The notes under the pieces: generated by a model | Database searches by the model: none | What the model was told of the DNA's origin: nothing | What the model saw: the letters and a program-made list of their open reading frames with translations, nothing else | Shown here: positions 39,713 to 49,125 of the stretch, piece by piece | Position numbering within the stretch: position 1 is the stretch's first letter | How the letters are laid out: each line of letters starts with the position of its first letter | Made by a program: the position numbers and the translations under genes | Virus record (IMG/VR): IMGVR_UViG_2906626472_000001 | Span: 32,001 to 96,000 of that record | Direction: 5' to 3' (one strand) | DNA: 64,000 bases | DNA from: a virus | Taxonomy: Duplodnaviria; Caudoviricetes

Positions 39713-39967
39713 ATGGCTGACTTGACCCTGAAGCTCGAAGCATCCGAATATCGATGTGAACCCTGCACGTTGCGGCAGGGGACCGTCGTGCGCGAACTCG
39801 TGCGGATGATCCCCAAGTCGGTCGTGGTGTTCGGCAAGCTGGTGGGGCCGGAGTATTACTGCTGCCCGATCTGCTACGAACCCAAGTTCGATGCAAAGAC
39901 ACGGAAACCAGTGAAAAATGGCGTCAAATCAGCAGCAAAATCCAAACGGATCTCAGTGGTCAAATAG
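39713..39967 (+). CDS. Zinc-ribbon protein
   Basis: CEPC...CPIC; TTGACT promoter-like sequence upstream. Confidence 0.6.
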   Translation: MADLTLKLEASEYRCEPCTLRQGTVVRELVRMIPKSVVVFGKLVGPEYYCCPICYEPKFDAKTRKPVKNGVKSAAKSKRISVVK

Positions 39968-40115
39968 TCCTCCTCCGATCCAGACAGACCCGTGGGTGAA
40001 GCTGGCGGCCAGGATCTACGTTTTCAAATCGATGGCGCCGGCTTTTGCCATCCTGCTCCTCGTCGCCTTCACGTATTGGTTCTTCACCCGCCCCTGATGG
40101 GGCGGGCTTGCCCTC

Positions 40116-40186
40116 CATTTGCATTTTCAGACCCCCCTCTTGACAAACATGGGGGGACTGTGCTTATACATTTGCTCAAATGCAAA
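40116..40186 (+). promoter_or_regulatory. Rightward sigma70-like promoter with TTGC/GCAA boxes
   Basis: CATTTGCATTTTCA at 40116, TTGACA at 40140 (same 24-nt offset as 25773/25797) and TTTGCTCAAATGCAAA at 40171. Confidence 0.6.
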
Positions 40187-40196
40187 TGGAGTGACC

Positions 40197-40481
40197 GTGC
40201 AGCTCTTCCACCGCAACAGCCTCGTTTCCGCCTTCAAAATTCCGCTGTGGGGGCAGGTTGCGGAGGAAACCCCGCCGAATTGGCTGGTTTCGCGGCTGCA
40301 AACGGGCGAACTTGAGATCAACCGCCTTGGCGGCCTGACCGTGAACACGCCGTTCGGCGTTCAGCAGAGCCTCCCTGGCGACGTCGTGATCCTCTTTGCA
40401 GACAATTCGATCGGCTTCGAGAAGCCTGAGAAGTTCGAGCGGGACTTCGCGCCCGTCAAGGAGCTGCCGCTGGCAGCCTGA
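40197..40481 (+). CDS. Hypothetical protein
   Basis: GGAG RBS before GTG 40197; TPFG...PGD...F..KF motif of small phage proteins. Confidence 0.6.
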   Translation: MQLFHRNSLVSAFKIPLWGQVAEETPPNWLVSRLQTGELEINRLGGLTVNTPFGVQQSLPGDVVILFADNSIGFEKPEKFERDFAPVKELPLAA

Positions 40482-40491
40482 TCCAGTTTCC

Positions 40492-40575
40492 ACCCGGTCC
40501 TCGTGACCGGGTTTTTTTCTGTCTCACTCACTCCAACTTCCTCACCCGCCAGGGACCTCTCTGGCGGGATTTTTT
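40492..40575 (+). terminator. Two tandem intrinsic terminators
   Basis: ACCCGGTC-CTCGT-GACCGGGT followed by a T run, then CCCGCCAG...CTGGCGGG-ATTTTTT. Confidence 0.75.
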
Positions 40576-40950
40576 CTCGCGCCACGGGTTCGCGCTCCTG
40601 GGTTCTTCCAGTAGAGCGCGATTTCGGCGGTCTCAGCTCGCATCCCGCACAAGACGAGCAGGGATATCCAAGAGCGCGCCGCACGCCCGCGCCGCCGCCG
40701 AACTAGACATGGGTGCCGGTAAGCCGGCTTGGACCTCCTGAGAGGTCGGTACAGCAGTTCGCTGCCAAGGCCAGCCCACACTCAAAAGTTTCGCCAGCAA
40801 CGCACCACCGAGCGCCGGGACGGCCTCGGAACGGCATCTGCTGGCTTCCAGAGATTCCCCGGTCCTCGGGGATATCACCGGCCCTCAGGCGGGATGCTTG
40901 ACGGGCCTTTTATCACGAGGGGCGGGACGCCCCGCATTTCCGGGATGGAT

Positions 40951-41841
40951 ATGCTTAAAGCAGTCGTAACTGATCTCAACGAACTCGATGAGGGCCTCCG
41001 AGGCTACTACGTCGCGAAGGACGGGAAGTTCTTCCTGAACGTGACGCCGGTCGAAGGCTTCCAACTCGACAACACCCAGGGCCTGAAGACGGCGCTCGGT
41101 GCGGAACGCAACAACGTTTCCGTGCTCCAGGCGCAGCTGAAACCCTACGAAGGACTCGATGTCGCCGCGGCCAAGACCGCGATCGAGCGCATCGCTGCCT
41201 TCGGAGACATCACGCCGGAAGCCGCCAAGCAGGCGGTGGAAACGGCGGCTCGACTGACTGCACTCGATCCCGAGAAGCAGGCCGAGCAGATCGCGAACAC
41301 CAAGCTCGACACCATCAAGGGCCAGCTCTCCGCTCAGTACAATCTGAAGGAGACCGAGTGGTCCACGAAGGTCAAGGGCCTGGAAGACACGAATGCCAGC
41401 CTGGTGGGGCAGCTGAAGAAGATCAAGGGCGAGAGCCTGATCCAATCGGAAGTCGCCAAAGCCAACCCCCTGGACGACGCGCGGGATGCCGTCGAACTCC
41501 TGGTGGGCAAGTTCGTCCGCACGTCCTTGAAGGACGGCGAGGTCGTCACCGAAGTGATCGACACGAACGGCAACCCCCGCATCAAGGACGTGAACGGCAC
41601 GCCGTTTACGGTCGCTGATCTCGTCAACGAGATCCGCGAAAAATCCGCGTCGCTCTTCAAGCCCGACGAGAAGCGCGGTCTGGGGACCAACCCCGGCAAT
41701 CAGGGCGGCGCTGCGCCGGCCGGTGGGGTTGTGAACCCCTGGGCCGCGGAGACGCGCAACATCACCCAGCAGATGGTGCTGGAAAACACCAAACCCGAAT
41801 TGGCCAAGCAGCTGAAAGCAGCGGCCGGCGTGACCGACTAA
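40951..41841 (+). CDS. Capsid scaffolding protein
   Basis: MLKAVVTDLNELDEGLRGYYVAKDGKFFLNV, coiled coil, C-terminal NPW...NITQQ; directly before the capsid gene. Confidence 0.8.
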   Translation: MLKAVVTDLNELDEGLRGYYVAKDGKFFLNVTPVEGFQLDNTQGLKTALGAERNNVSVLQAQLKPYEGLDVAAAKTAIERIAAFGDITPEAAKQAVETAARLTALDPEKQAEQIANTKLDTIKGQLSAQYNLKETEWSTKVKGLEDTNASLVGQLKKIKGESLIQSEVAKANPLDDARDAVELLVGKFVRTSLKDGEVVTEVIDTNGNPRIKDVNGTPFTVADLVNEIREKSASLFKPDEKRGLGTNPGNQGGAAPAGGVVNPWAAETRNITQQMVLENTKPELAKQLKAAAGVTD

Positions 41842-41944
41842 GGTCCTCACGCCTTCCAACATGCATGCGCCCGGCACCCGTGTGTCCGGGCGTTTGCTTG
41901 AATGCAAACCAGCGGCGGCCAGTCAACAACCTCAAGAGTGAGAA

Positions 41945-42925
41945 ATGACTGCAACTGCTCTCGCGGACATGATCGTCCCGACCAAGTTCAACAAGTACGT
42001 CCAGGTTCTTTCGACGCAGAAGTCCGAACTGTTCCAGTCGGGCATCATCACCGACCTGACCTCGGTGATCGACAGCGAGATCGAAGGCAAGACGGTCAAC
42101 ATGCCGTTCTTCAACGACCTCGATGCGTCCGACGCCGAGCAGGTGCTCGACGACTCGACCGACCTGACCGTCAGCAAGATGACGACCGGCCAGGACGTGG
42201 CCGTGAAGCTCCTGCGCGGTAAGGCGTTCGGCGCGACCGATCTGGCGGCCGACCTGTCCGGCGCCGACCCGATCGACGCCATCGCGAACCGTTTCGCTGA
42301 CTGGTGGAACAAGCGCATGCAGACCGCGCTGCTCGCCACCCTCGCGGGTGCGATGGGCTCGGCCGACATGGCTGCCAACGTCAACGACATCTCCGCCCTG
42401 ACCGGTGGCGCCGAGAACTTCGACGCCGACTCGTTCATCGACGCCGCGTTCTTGCTCGGCGACGAACAGGGCGGCCTGAACGCCGTCGCCGTCCACTCGC
42501 TGACGCTGAAGGCGATGGTCAAGGCGGACCTCATCGACTTCGTGCCCGACAGCCAGGGCAAGCTGACGATCCCGACCTATCTCGGCAAGACCGTGATCGT
42601 CGACGACAGCATGCCGGTGACCGGCGCGGGCGCGAACCGCGTGTTCACCACCTACATCTTTGGCCCCGGCGCGATCGGCTACGGCGAGAAGTCGCCGAAG
42701 ACCCCGGTCGAGGTCGAGCGCCAGGCTCTGAAGGGCATGGGCCAGGAGTACATCGTGAACCGCCGCCAGTGGGTCATGCATCCCCGCGGCATCAAGTGGC
42801 TCGGCACCAACCAGGCCGGCGTCACCCCCGCGAACTCCGAGCTGGCCGACGTCGCCAACTGGAAGCGCGTGTACGATCCCAAGATCGTCCGCATCGTCGC
42901 CTTCAAGCACAAGCTGGCGGCCTAA
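41945..42925 (+). CDS. Major capsid protein
   Basis: 326 aa, strong codon bias; ADMIVP..F..YV, MPFFNDL, D..DAIA...A.WW, VIVDD and HPRG. Confidence 0.9.
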   Translation: MTATALADMIVPTKFNKYVQVLSTQKSELFQSGIITDLTSVIDSEIEGKTVNMPFFNDLDASDAEQVLDDSTDLTVSKMTTGQDVAVKLLRGKAFGATDLAADLSGADPIDAIANRFADWWNKRMQTALLATLAGAMGSADMAANVNDISALTGGAENFDADSFIDAAFLLGDEQGGLNAVAVHSLTLKAMVKADLIDFVPDSQGKLTIPTYLGKTVIVDDSMPVTGAGANRVFTTYIFGPGAIGYGEKSPKTPVEVERQALKGMGQEYIVNRRQWVMHPRGIKWLGTNQAGVTPANSELADVANWKRVYDPKIVRIVAFKHKLAA

Positions 42926-42958
42926 TCGTCTCTGACGGTTAGATCTGAAACACGAGAT

Positions 42959-42988
42959 CCCTCCTCGGGCAACCGGGGAGGGTTCTTT
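42959..42988 (+). terminator. Terminator after the capsid gene
   Basis: CCCTCCTCGG-GCAA-CCGGGGAGGG-TTCTTT. Confidence 0.65.
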
Positions 42989-43006
42989 GTGACTCTGGAG
43001 ACAATC

Positions 43007-43366
43007 ATGATTGGAGCTAAGGGCTTTCGAGCCCGTGAGGCGGCTGCGAACTACAAGCGCCGCGATCGACGTCTGGTCTCGGACGAGGTCCGCGCCATTC
43101 GCTTCGCCAACCTGCACGGCAACGACGAAAAGCCGGAAGCGCCGGTCGAGCCGGAAGTGAATGTCGAGGCTGAAGCGCCCGACGAGCAGCCGGAGACGCA
43201 GGTCGAGCAGACCGAACAGTCTGAAGGCGATGCGACCGACGAAGCTGGCGACGAGGCCGGCGACGAAGGTGAAGGCGAGGGTGAGGCTGAAGGCGAGGCT
43301 GATGCCGGCGCCGACAAGACCGCCGCCCCGAAGAAGAAGGCCGGCAAGAAGTCGGCGAAGAAGTAA
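43007..43366 (+). CDS. Acidic low-complexity virion-associated protein
   Basis: GGAG RBS; E/D/G-rich with Lys tail. Confidence 0.6.
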   Translation: MIGAKGFRAREAAANYKRRDRRLVSDEVRAIRFANLHGNDEKPEAPVEPEVNVEAEAPDEQPETQVEQTEQSEGDATDEAGDEAGDEGEGEGEAEGEADAGADKTAAPKKKAGKKSAKK

Positions 43367-43375
43367 GGATTTGTG

Positions 43376-43804
43376 ATGGGCTACGCCAGCAAGGAAGATA
43401 TCGACGAGCTTTACGGCACCGATCTCCTGGTCCGCGTAGCCGATTACAACAAGGACGGCACGCCGGACCCCGAGGTCATCGCCAAGGGGCTCCAGGCAGC
43501 CGACGAGATTTGCGACGCCTACCTGTCGGCGCAGTACACGATCCCAGTAGTCCCCACGCCCGGCGTGGTGAAGAACTGCGCGATCGACATCGCCGTCTAC
43601 AAGATGGCGCTCGGCCGCACCGGCCGCACGGACGAAATGCGTGTGCGTTATGAGGACGCGCTAGCGCTGCTGGAGAAGATTTCCACCGGCAAGGTCGGCC
43701 TCGGGCTTCCGCCTGAGACGGTCGACAACGGCGACGGCACGAGCACAACGACCAACCCGAACGTCCGGCGCTCAGGAGGCTCGTTCGACTGCGGGAGGGC
43801 CTAA
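43376..43804 (+). CDS. Head-tail adaptor (Mu gp36/DUF1320-like)
   Basis: YAS..D...YG, A.EI.DAYL..Y..P and RYEDA...LEKI..GK..LG. Confidence 0.85.
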   Translation: MGYASKEDIDELYGTDLLVRVADYNKDGTPDPEVIAKGLQAADEICDAYLSAQYTIPVVPTPGVVKNCAIDIAVYKMALGRTGRTDEMRVRYEDALALLEKISTGKVGLGLPPETVDNGDGTSTTTNPNVRRSGGSFDCGRA

Positions 43805-44271
43805 TGGCCGGCCTTAAGCTCGACGTCGACGATCATGATTTCCGCCGCCTCACCCGGCGCATCGGCGACCTGCTGCACGACGTGCTCGAAATGCACACCG
43901 TGTACGCCCAGGCCGCGGAATACATGAAGCGGTCCACCGAGAACCGCCTGCTGCGCAGCAAGACCTCGCCAGACGGCGAGCGTTGGGAAGCGCTGCGCGA
44001 CGTGACCGTCAACCTGAAGGGTCACGACACCATCCTGTTCGAGACCGGCGAGCTGGCCAACAGCATCCAGATCGGCGACGTCAGCAATGACGGCTTCGAG
44101 CTGATCTCCAACGCGCCGCACGCCTCCTTCATGCAGGAAGGCATCAAGCGGACGCGCGGAATGATCAAGAACAAGAAGGTCCCCGCCCGTCCGTTCATGG
44201 GCTTCTCGGAAGAAAACAAACGACGGATCGCCCTGATGATCCGTGACTATCTGGCGCATGGAGGCGACTGA
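43804..44271 (+). CDS. Virion morphogenesis protein (Mu gpG/P2 gpS-like)
   Basis: SPDGERW..L, L..TG.L..SI and VPARPFMG. Confidence 0.85.
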   Translation: MAGLKLDVDDHDFRRLTRRIGDLLHDVLEMHTVYAQAAEYMKRSTENRLLRSKTSPDGERWEALRDVTVNLKGHDTILFETGELANSIQIGDVSNDGFELISNAPHASFMQEGIKRTRGMIKNKKVPARPFMGFSEENKRRIALMIRDYLAHGGD

Positions 44272-44852
44272 TGAGCAAGATCGTCGACTTCCGCCAGCGG
44301 ATTATCGACACGGTCAAGGCGATGTACCCCGACATGGATGTCGAGTGGTACGACGGCCTTTTCGACGAGCATGACATCGCTGAGTGGACGCTGAAGACTC
44401 CGTGCGCCCGCGTCGCGGTCATGAACTCGACCGGCGACCATGAAGCGACCGGCGAGCTGAACGCGCGCCTCCGCTGCCTGATCGTCATCATCGACGAGAA
44501 CCGGTACGCCGCCCTCGATGGCGACGCCCGTGCCTGGGAGTACGTCGAGAGCATCGCCATCATGGCGAACCTGAACCAATTCGGCGACCCGAACGCGGCG
44601 CCAGCAACCAACGTGAAGTTCCGGCGGATCAGTCAGCCGGTGCTCCGGCGCGAAGGCGTGTCGGTCGGCGTGGTGGAATGGGAAAGCGACCTGACGATCG
44701 GCCACAACCGCATCGCCGAGCGTGAATACTTCTACCGGCCGGATGGCTCCCGGATCACCCAGCTGCCTCTGACGGCCCACACCCGCGGTCATGTGCATAC
44801 CGCGGCCGGCGTGGTGTCCGACGAGACGACGGACTTCGACGTCGAGAGGTAA
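44271..44852 (+). CDS. Tail terminator/neck protein (Mu gp37-like)
   Basis: Position in the module; G.FD....L.TP.A.VA pattern. Confidence 0.55.
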   Translation: MSKIVDFRQRIIDTVKAMYPDMDVEWYDGLFDEHDIAEWTLKTPCARVAVMNSTGDHEATGELNARLRCLIVIIDENRYAALDGDARAWEYVESIAIMANLNQFGDPNAAPATNVKFRRISQPVLRREGVSVGVVEWESDLTIGHNRIAEREYFYRPDGSRITQLPLTAHTRGHVHTAAGVVSDETTDFDVER

Positions 44853-44854
44853 CG

Positions 44855-46342
44855 ATGAAGGCCCTTCTCGCCATCGAGCGGCGCTTGCAGGACATCGAAC
44901 GCAAGTTCGAGAACAAGGAGCGCCTCGGCAAGATCACGGCGGTCAAGTTCGAAAAAGACCGCTGGTACGTCAAGATGAACGACGGCGAGGACCAGACGCC
45001 CAGCGGATCGCAGTCAAGCGCCAATCCGATGGACGGCGAGGGCACCTTCAAGAGCGACTGGCAACCCTGGCTGGCTCACTCTCACGGCACCATCAAGTTC
45101 TCGATCCCGCCGAAGGTTGGGCAACAGGCGCTGCTGCGATCGGCCGGCGGCATCCCCGAGCTTTCCACGATTGAGCCTCATCACTACGGCCCGCAGGCGC
45201 CTTCGCCGCACGGCAAGCAGGATGAGACTGTCGGCCTGATCCACGAGAAAGAGGATCAGCAGCACTGGCAGCACGCGACCAAGGACACGAACCACCTCAT
45301 CATCAAGTCCAAGAAGAAGTCGGGCAGCATCGGCGGCCTCGGCGACATCGGCGGGCTCGGTGATCTCGCAGGCATCGGCCAGATGGCAGGCCTGAGCGGC
45401 ATGGACTTCTCCGGCATGCTCGGCAGCCTCGGCAACCTCGATATGAGCAGCCTGGGCAACCTGGCGAACCTCGACATTTCGAGCATCACCAACATGACGG
45501 GGCTTGGCGGCCTCGGTCTCGGCGACCTCTCGCAGCTCGCCAACGTCGGCGCCATGGCCAAGCTCGCGGGTCTCCCCGATCTGGCGCAGCTCGGCAACAT
45601 CGCCAACATCGCGCAGCAGGTCAAAGCCGGCGGCCTTATGGGCGTCGTTGGCGGCATGATCGGCGGCGGAGCGGGCGGCGGAGCAGGTGTCCCGGCCAGT
45701 CAGGGCGGAGGCCAGAAGGCTGAAGCGCCCAAGCTTCCGGAAGTCCCGGAGGACGGTGACGACGGCGTCACCCAGGTCAAGTCGACCAAGGAGTTCATCC
45801 TCAAGACGGTCGGCAAGAACAAGTCCTACTACCGGCAGGACGAAGAGAAGGTCCACATCCGCTACGGCGAGAAAGACGCCAAGGGCGACGTCCTGATGGA
45901 CGAGAACCAGGTCAAGGTCCAGTTCAAGGACAAGAAGGCCATGGTGAAGTGGACCGAGGAAGATCTCACGGTCCAGATGGGCGACGACGACAAGTCCCGC
46001 ATCCACATGACCGAAGAGGCTGTCCATCTCTCGCAGGGCGACAACGCCCACATCGAGATGAAGGAAGACGGCATCCTCTACAAAGTCGGCGATGCGTCGA
46101 TGTACCTGGAGGATGGCGGCCTGACCGTCACGATCGCCGGCACCTTCTGGAAGTTCTCCGGCAGCGGTCTGCATCAGACCGGCGGCGACATCGGCCACAA
46201 CAAGAAATCCATCGGCTACATGCACATCCACGGTGCGACGCCGCCCCCGAGCTTGCCCTTCCAGGGCGACGAAGGCTCCGCTCATACGGGCGGGCCCACG
46301 GACGCTGGCGGCGGACCTGATCCGGGGACGGGCACGGCCTAA
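44855..46342 (+). CDS. Baseplate spike (gpV-like) with a Gly/Leu-rich insertion
   Basis: OB-fold (SDWQPW...PPKVGQQ), beta-helix repeats and C-terminal HIH apex motif. Confidence 0.75.
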   Translation: MKALLAIERRLQDIERKFENKERLGKITAVKFEKDRWYVKMNDGEDQTPSGSQSSANPMDGEGTFKSDWQPWLAHSHGTIKFSIPPKVGQQALLRSAGGIPELSTIEPHHYGPQAPSPHGKQDETVGLIHEKEDQQHWQHATKDTNHLIIKSKKKSGSIGGLGDIGGLGDLAGIGQMAGLSGMDFSGMLGSLGNLDMSSLGNLANLDISSITNMTGLGGLGLGDLSQLANVGAMAKLAGLPDLAQLGNIANIAQQVKAGGLMGVVGGMIGGGAGGGAGVPASQGGGQKAEAPKLPEVPEDGDDGVTQVKSTKEFILKTVGKNKSYYRQDEEKVHIRYGEKDAKGDVLMDENQVKVQFKDKKAMVKWTEEDLTVQMGDDDKSRIHMTEEAVHLSQGDNAHIEMKEDGILYKVGDASMYLEDGGLTVTIAGTFWKFSGSGLHQTGGDIGHNKKSIGYMHIHGATPPPSLPFQGDEGSAHTGGPTDAGGGPDPGTGTA

Positions 46343-46356
46343 AAGGGAACACCCAC

Positions 46357-46590
46357 ATGAAAGACTACACCGTCGTGCGCGACTTCTGGCGCAACGGCAT
46401 CCTGCAGCCTGCCGGAAAAGTTCTCCGGCTGGCGGCGTCGGAAGCCAAGTATCTGGCGCACGCTGTCGAAGAGGCAGCAATCGAGGTCGAGCAGAAGGTC
46501 GAGACCGCTGTGAAGCGCGTCCGCGGCCAGAAGCCGCTCGCGGTCGCCGTGGTGGAGGCGCCGGCCGATGGCGACGACGTCTCCAACTGA
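46357..46590 (+). CDS. Hypothetical protein
   Basis: ORF in the baseplate operon. Confidence 0.6.
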   Translation: MKDYTVVRDFWRNGILQPAGKVLRLAASEAKYLAHAVEEAAIEVEQKVETAVKRVRGQKPLAVAVVEAPADGDDVSN

Positions 46591-46933
46591 GCATCTGATC
46601 GACATCGATCGGACGACCGGCGAGTACGTCCAGGGCTGGCCCCGGATTAAGCAGAGCATCTACACGATCCTCACCACACGGCTGCGCACGCGATTGATGC
46701 GCCTGTGGTGGGGCTCGAACTTCATCGACATGCAGGACAAGCCTGGCAACCAGGAAGTCCTCATGACCGGCATGATGGCTGCTATCGCCGCGATCAACAC
46801 CTACGAGCCCGAGTTCAAGGTGACCCGCGTCACCATCGACGACTTCGACGCGACCGGCGACATCACGATCACGATCGAGGGCATCGATCTGGTCGACGCC
46901 GCACTGAAGAGGGTTCGTCAAACCATCTCCTGA
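46568..46933 (+). CDS. Baseplate wedge gp25/gpW-like protein
   Basis: IKQSI..ILTT...TRLMR..WGS and AI..YEP. Confidence 0.85.
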   Translation: MATTSPTEHLIDIDRTTGEYVQGWPRIKQSIYTILTTRLRTRLMRLWWGSNFIDMQDKPGNQEVLMTGMMAAIAAINTYEPEFKVTRVTIDDFDATGDITITIEGIDLVDAALKRVRQTIS

Positions 46934-46951
46934 TTTCACGGCGAGGGATAA

Positions 46952-47821
46952 ATGCCGAGTTTCGAGTCTCCCGCGCTGTACATCGACTTTGCGAGGCTTC
47001 CGCCTCCGCAGGTGATCGAGGAAATCGACTACGAAAAGCTTCTCACGGGCTACCAGCAGCAGGTTCTCGCAAAGAACTCTGCACTCGAAGCCGCGCTGAA
47101 GCTTGAGCAGTCGCCCACGAACATCATCCTGGAGGCCGAGGCCTACGGAGAGATGATCGTCCGCGAGCGCATCAACGCCGCGGCTCGCGCCTCCATGCTG
47201 CCGTTCGCCACGGGGTCTGACCTCGACGTGATCGGCGCCCGGTTCAATGTGCAGCGAATGGACGGCGAGTTGGATCCTCGCCTCCGCAGGCGCATCCAGC
47301 TCTCGATGGAGAGCTACACGACGGCCGGCAGCCCCGGCTCCTACATCTTTCACGCGCTGAGCACCTCGACGAGCGTCAAGGACGCCACCGCGGTCGCCGA
47401 GCGCGGCACCGGCCGGGTCACCGTCACCATCATGGCGGACGGCACCGATCCGGTACCTGGCCAGCCGCTAGTCGACGCCGTCTACGACCGACTCATGTCG
47501 GACGGCATCAAGCCGCTGACCGACGACATCTCCGTCCTGCCGGTCACCAAGATCTCGGCCGACATCACCGCCAACCTGACGCTTTACCCTGGCCCTGACG
47601 CCTCGCTCGTCGTTGCCGACATCAACAAGGCGCTGACTGCGCTGCGCGCCCGCGTCTCTCAGATCGGCCGCGACCTGAAGCGGTCCGCCGTCCTCGCCGC
47701 CCTCACGCGAGAGGGCGTGCAGAACGTCGAAACGGACTTTCAGGACATCAACGTCGGCACGGGCGCAGTCGTCTGGATCACCTCCGCCAGCGTGAACGTC
47801 TCAAGCTTCCGCGAGGAGTAA
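46952..47821 (+). CDS. Baseplate J-like protein
   Basis: LPPPQVIEEIDYE, RERINAAA, ATGSDLD, TAGS.GSY.FHA and PLTD. Confidence 0.9.
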   Translation: MPSFESPALYIDFARLPPPQVIEEIDYEKLLTGYQQQVLAKNSALEAALKLEQSPTNIILEAEAYGEMIVRERINAAARASMLPFATGSDLDVIGARFNVQRMDGELDPRLRRRIQLSMESYTTAGSPGSYIFHALSTSTSVKDATAVAERGTGRVTVTIMADGTDPVPGQPLVDAVYDRLMSDGIKPLTDDISVLPVTKISADITANLTLYPGPDASLVVADINKALTALRARVSQIGRDLKRSAVLAALTREGVQNVETDFQDINVGTGAVVWITSASVNVSSFREE

Positions 47822-47824
47822 TCC

Positions 47825-49054
47825 ATGGCAGCTCGCCTGCTGGACCACATTCTTGCGCCGAATGCGACGCTCTACGAGCGCACCCTGGCTTCGCAGGTCG
47901 ATCGGCTCCTCTCGCTGGACACCGATCGACTGCGCCGGCTCTGGGATCCCTACCGATGTCATATCGACGACCTGCCGTACCTGGCCTGGTCGTTCTCGGT
48001 TGACCTCTGGGACACGGGCTGGCCCGAGGCCAAGAAGCGCAAGGTCGTCGCCGACGCAATCTCTCATCACCGGATCAAGGGCACGAAGGCCGGCATGGCC
48101 ACGTACCTTGACCTGGTCGACTGCGCGCTGAATGATCTGATCGTTCCCCCGGCGCGTGGTTACCGCATGCCGGCGATGACGAACGACGAGTTCATGTCCT
48201 GGCTGGTGCATCTGCCCCAGATCAGGATGTATCCGTACGTTATTCGAGACCCCGCGGGCCCCCGCGAGTTCCGGATGAAGGACGTGTACTTCCGGAACGA
48301 TAACTTCCGCGAGCCCAGCATCGGGCCTCAGATCTACGGTCGGAAGGCGTCCATCTACAAGGATGGTATCGAGACCTTCATCAAGCTGGAAGCCATGACC
48401 GAGCTTGGCGGCCAGCTCGTCGAGCGGGTCTCGTTCGCCAACAAGTCGACCCGCGACTATCACAGCGATGGCTTTCGCGGTCAGAAATTCTACGAGCCGA
48501 CCGACGCGGCCGACAACATCGTCACGGTGCGGCTCAACCAGGCTGCATCCGATCTGATCTCGGTGACGCCGGGGCTTACGCCTCAGGATGTTCGCCCGAC
48601 GCAGATCTCGGAAAAGCACACCGCCTATTCGGCGCAGCACTTCCACGACTACAATGCCTCGTTCCGCGGGAAAAACTTCCGCTGCGAGACGGACGCAGCC
48701 CACTGGATCTACGATCGAGTGTCTCTGCACAGCAAGGAAGACCTGCCCGCAGGCCTGGCCGTGAAGTCCTACCGCGGACACATCCGATACGGCATCCAGC
48801 CCTACACGGCTCAGGCAAGGGTCAGCGTTCCCACGGTTCGCTCAAATGCTCTGGGCTTCGGCGGCAGATTCCGAAACGGCTTCCGCGTCCCCAGCGACAT
48901 GTCGAAGCTCGACGATGCCTGCGGAGCAATCGTCGCCGTCAAGCCTCTGCGAGACACGGTCCTCGTCGACACGGTCAACTACCGAGTCGTGCGCCTCAAG
49001 GATCGTCGCCGCCTGGGAACGTTCAGGCTCGGCGAAATCAAGAAGGTCGCGTGA
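47825..49054 (+). CDS. P2 gpI-like tail/baseplate protein with C-terminal extension
   Basis: LWDP..C....LPYLAW..SVD.W...W.E..KR and HRIKGT. Confidence 0.85.
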   Translation: MAARLLDHILAPNATLYERTLASQVDRLLSLDTDRLRRLWDPYRCHIDDLPYLAWSFSVDLWDTGWPEAKKRKVVADAISHHRIKGTKAGMATYLDLVDCALNDLIVPPARGYRMPAMTNDEFMSWLVHLPQIRMYPYVIRDPAGPREFRMKDVYFRNDNFREPSIGPQIYGRKASIYKDGIETFIKLEAMTELGGQLVERVSFANKSTRDYHSDGFRGQKFYEPTDAADNIVTVRLNQAASDLISVTPGLTPQDVRPTQISEKHTAYSAQHFHDYNASFRGKNFRCETDAAHWIYDRVSLHSKEDLPAGLAVKSYRGHIRYGIQPYTAQARVSVPTVRSNALGFGGRFRNGFRVPSDMSKLDDACGAIVAVKPLRDTVLVDTVNYRVVRLKDRRRLGTFRLGEIKKVA

Positions 49055-49081
49055 GCGACTAGGACCATCAAGATCAACCCC

Positions 49082-49108
49082 AAGCCGCCCCTCACCCGGG
49101 CGGCTTTT
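49082..49108 (+). terminator. Hairpin plus T-tract
   Basis: AAGCCGCCC-CTCACCC-GGGCGGCTT followed by TT. Confidence 0.6.
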
Positions 49109-49125
49109 GAATTTTGGGAACACCA

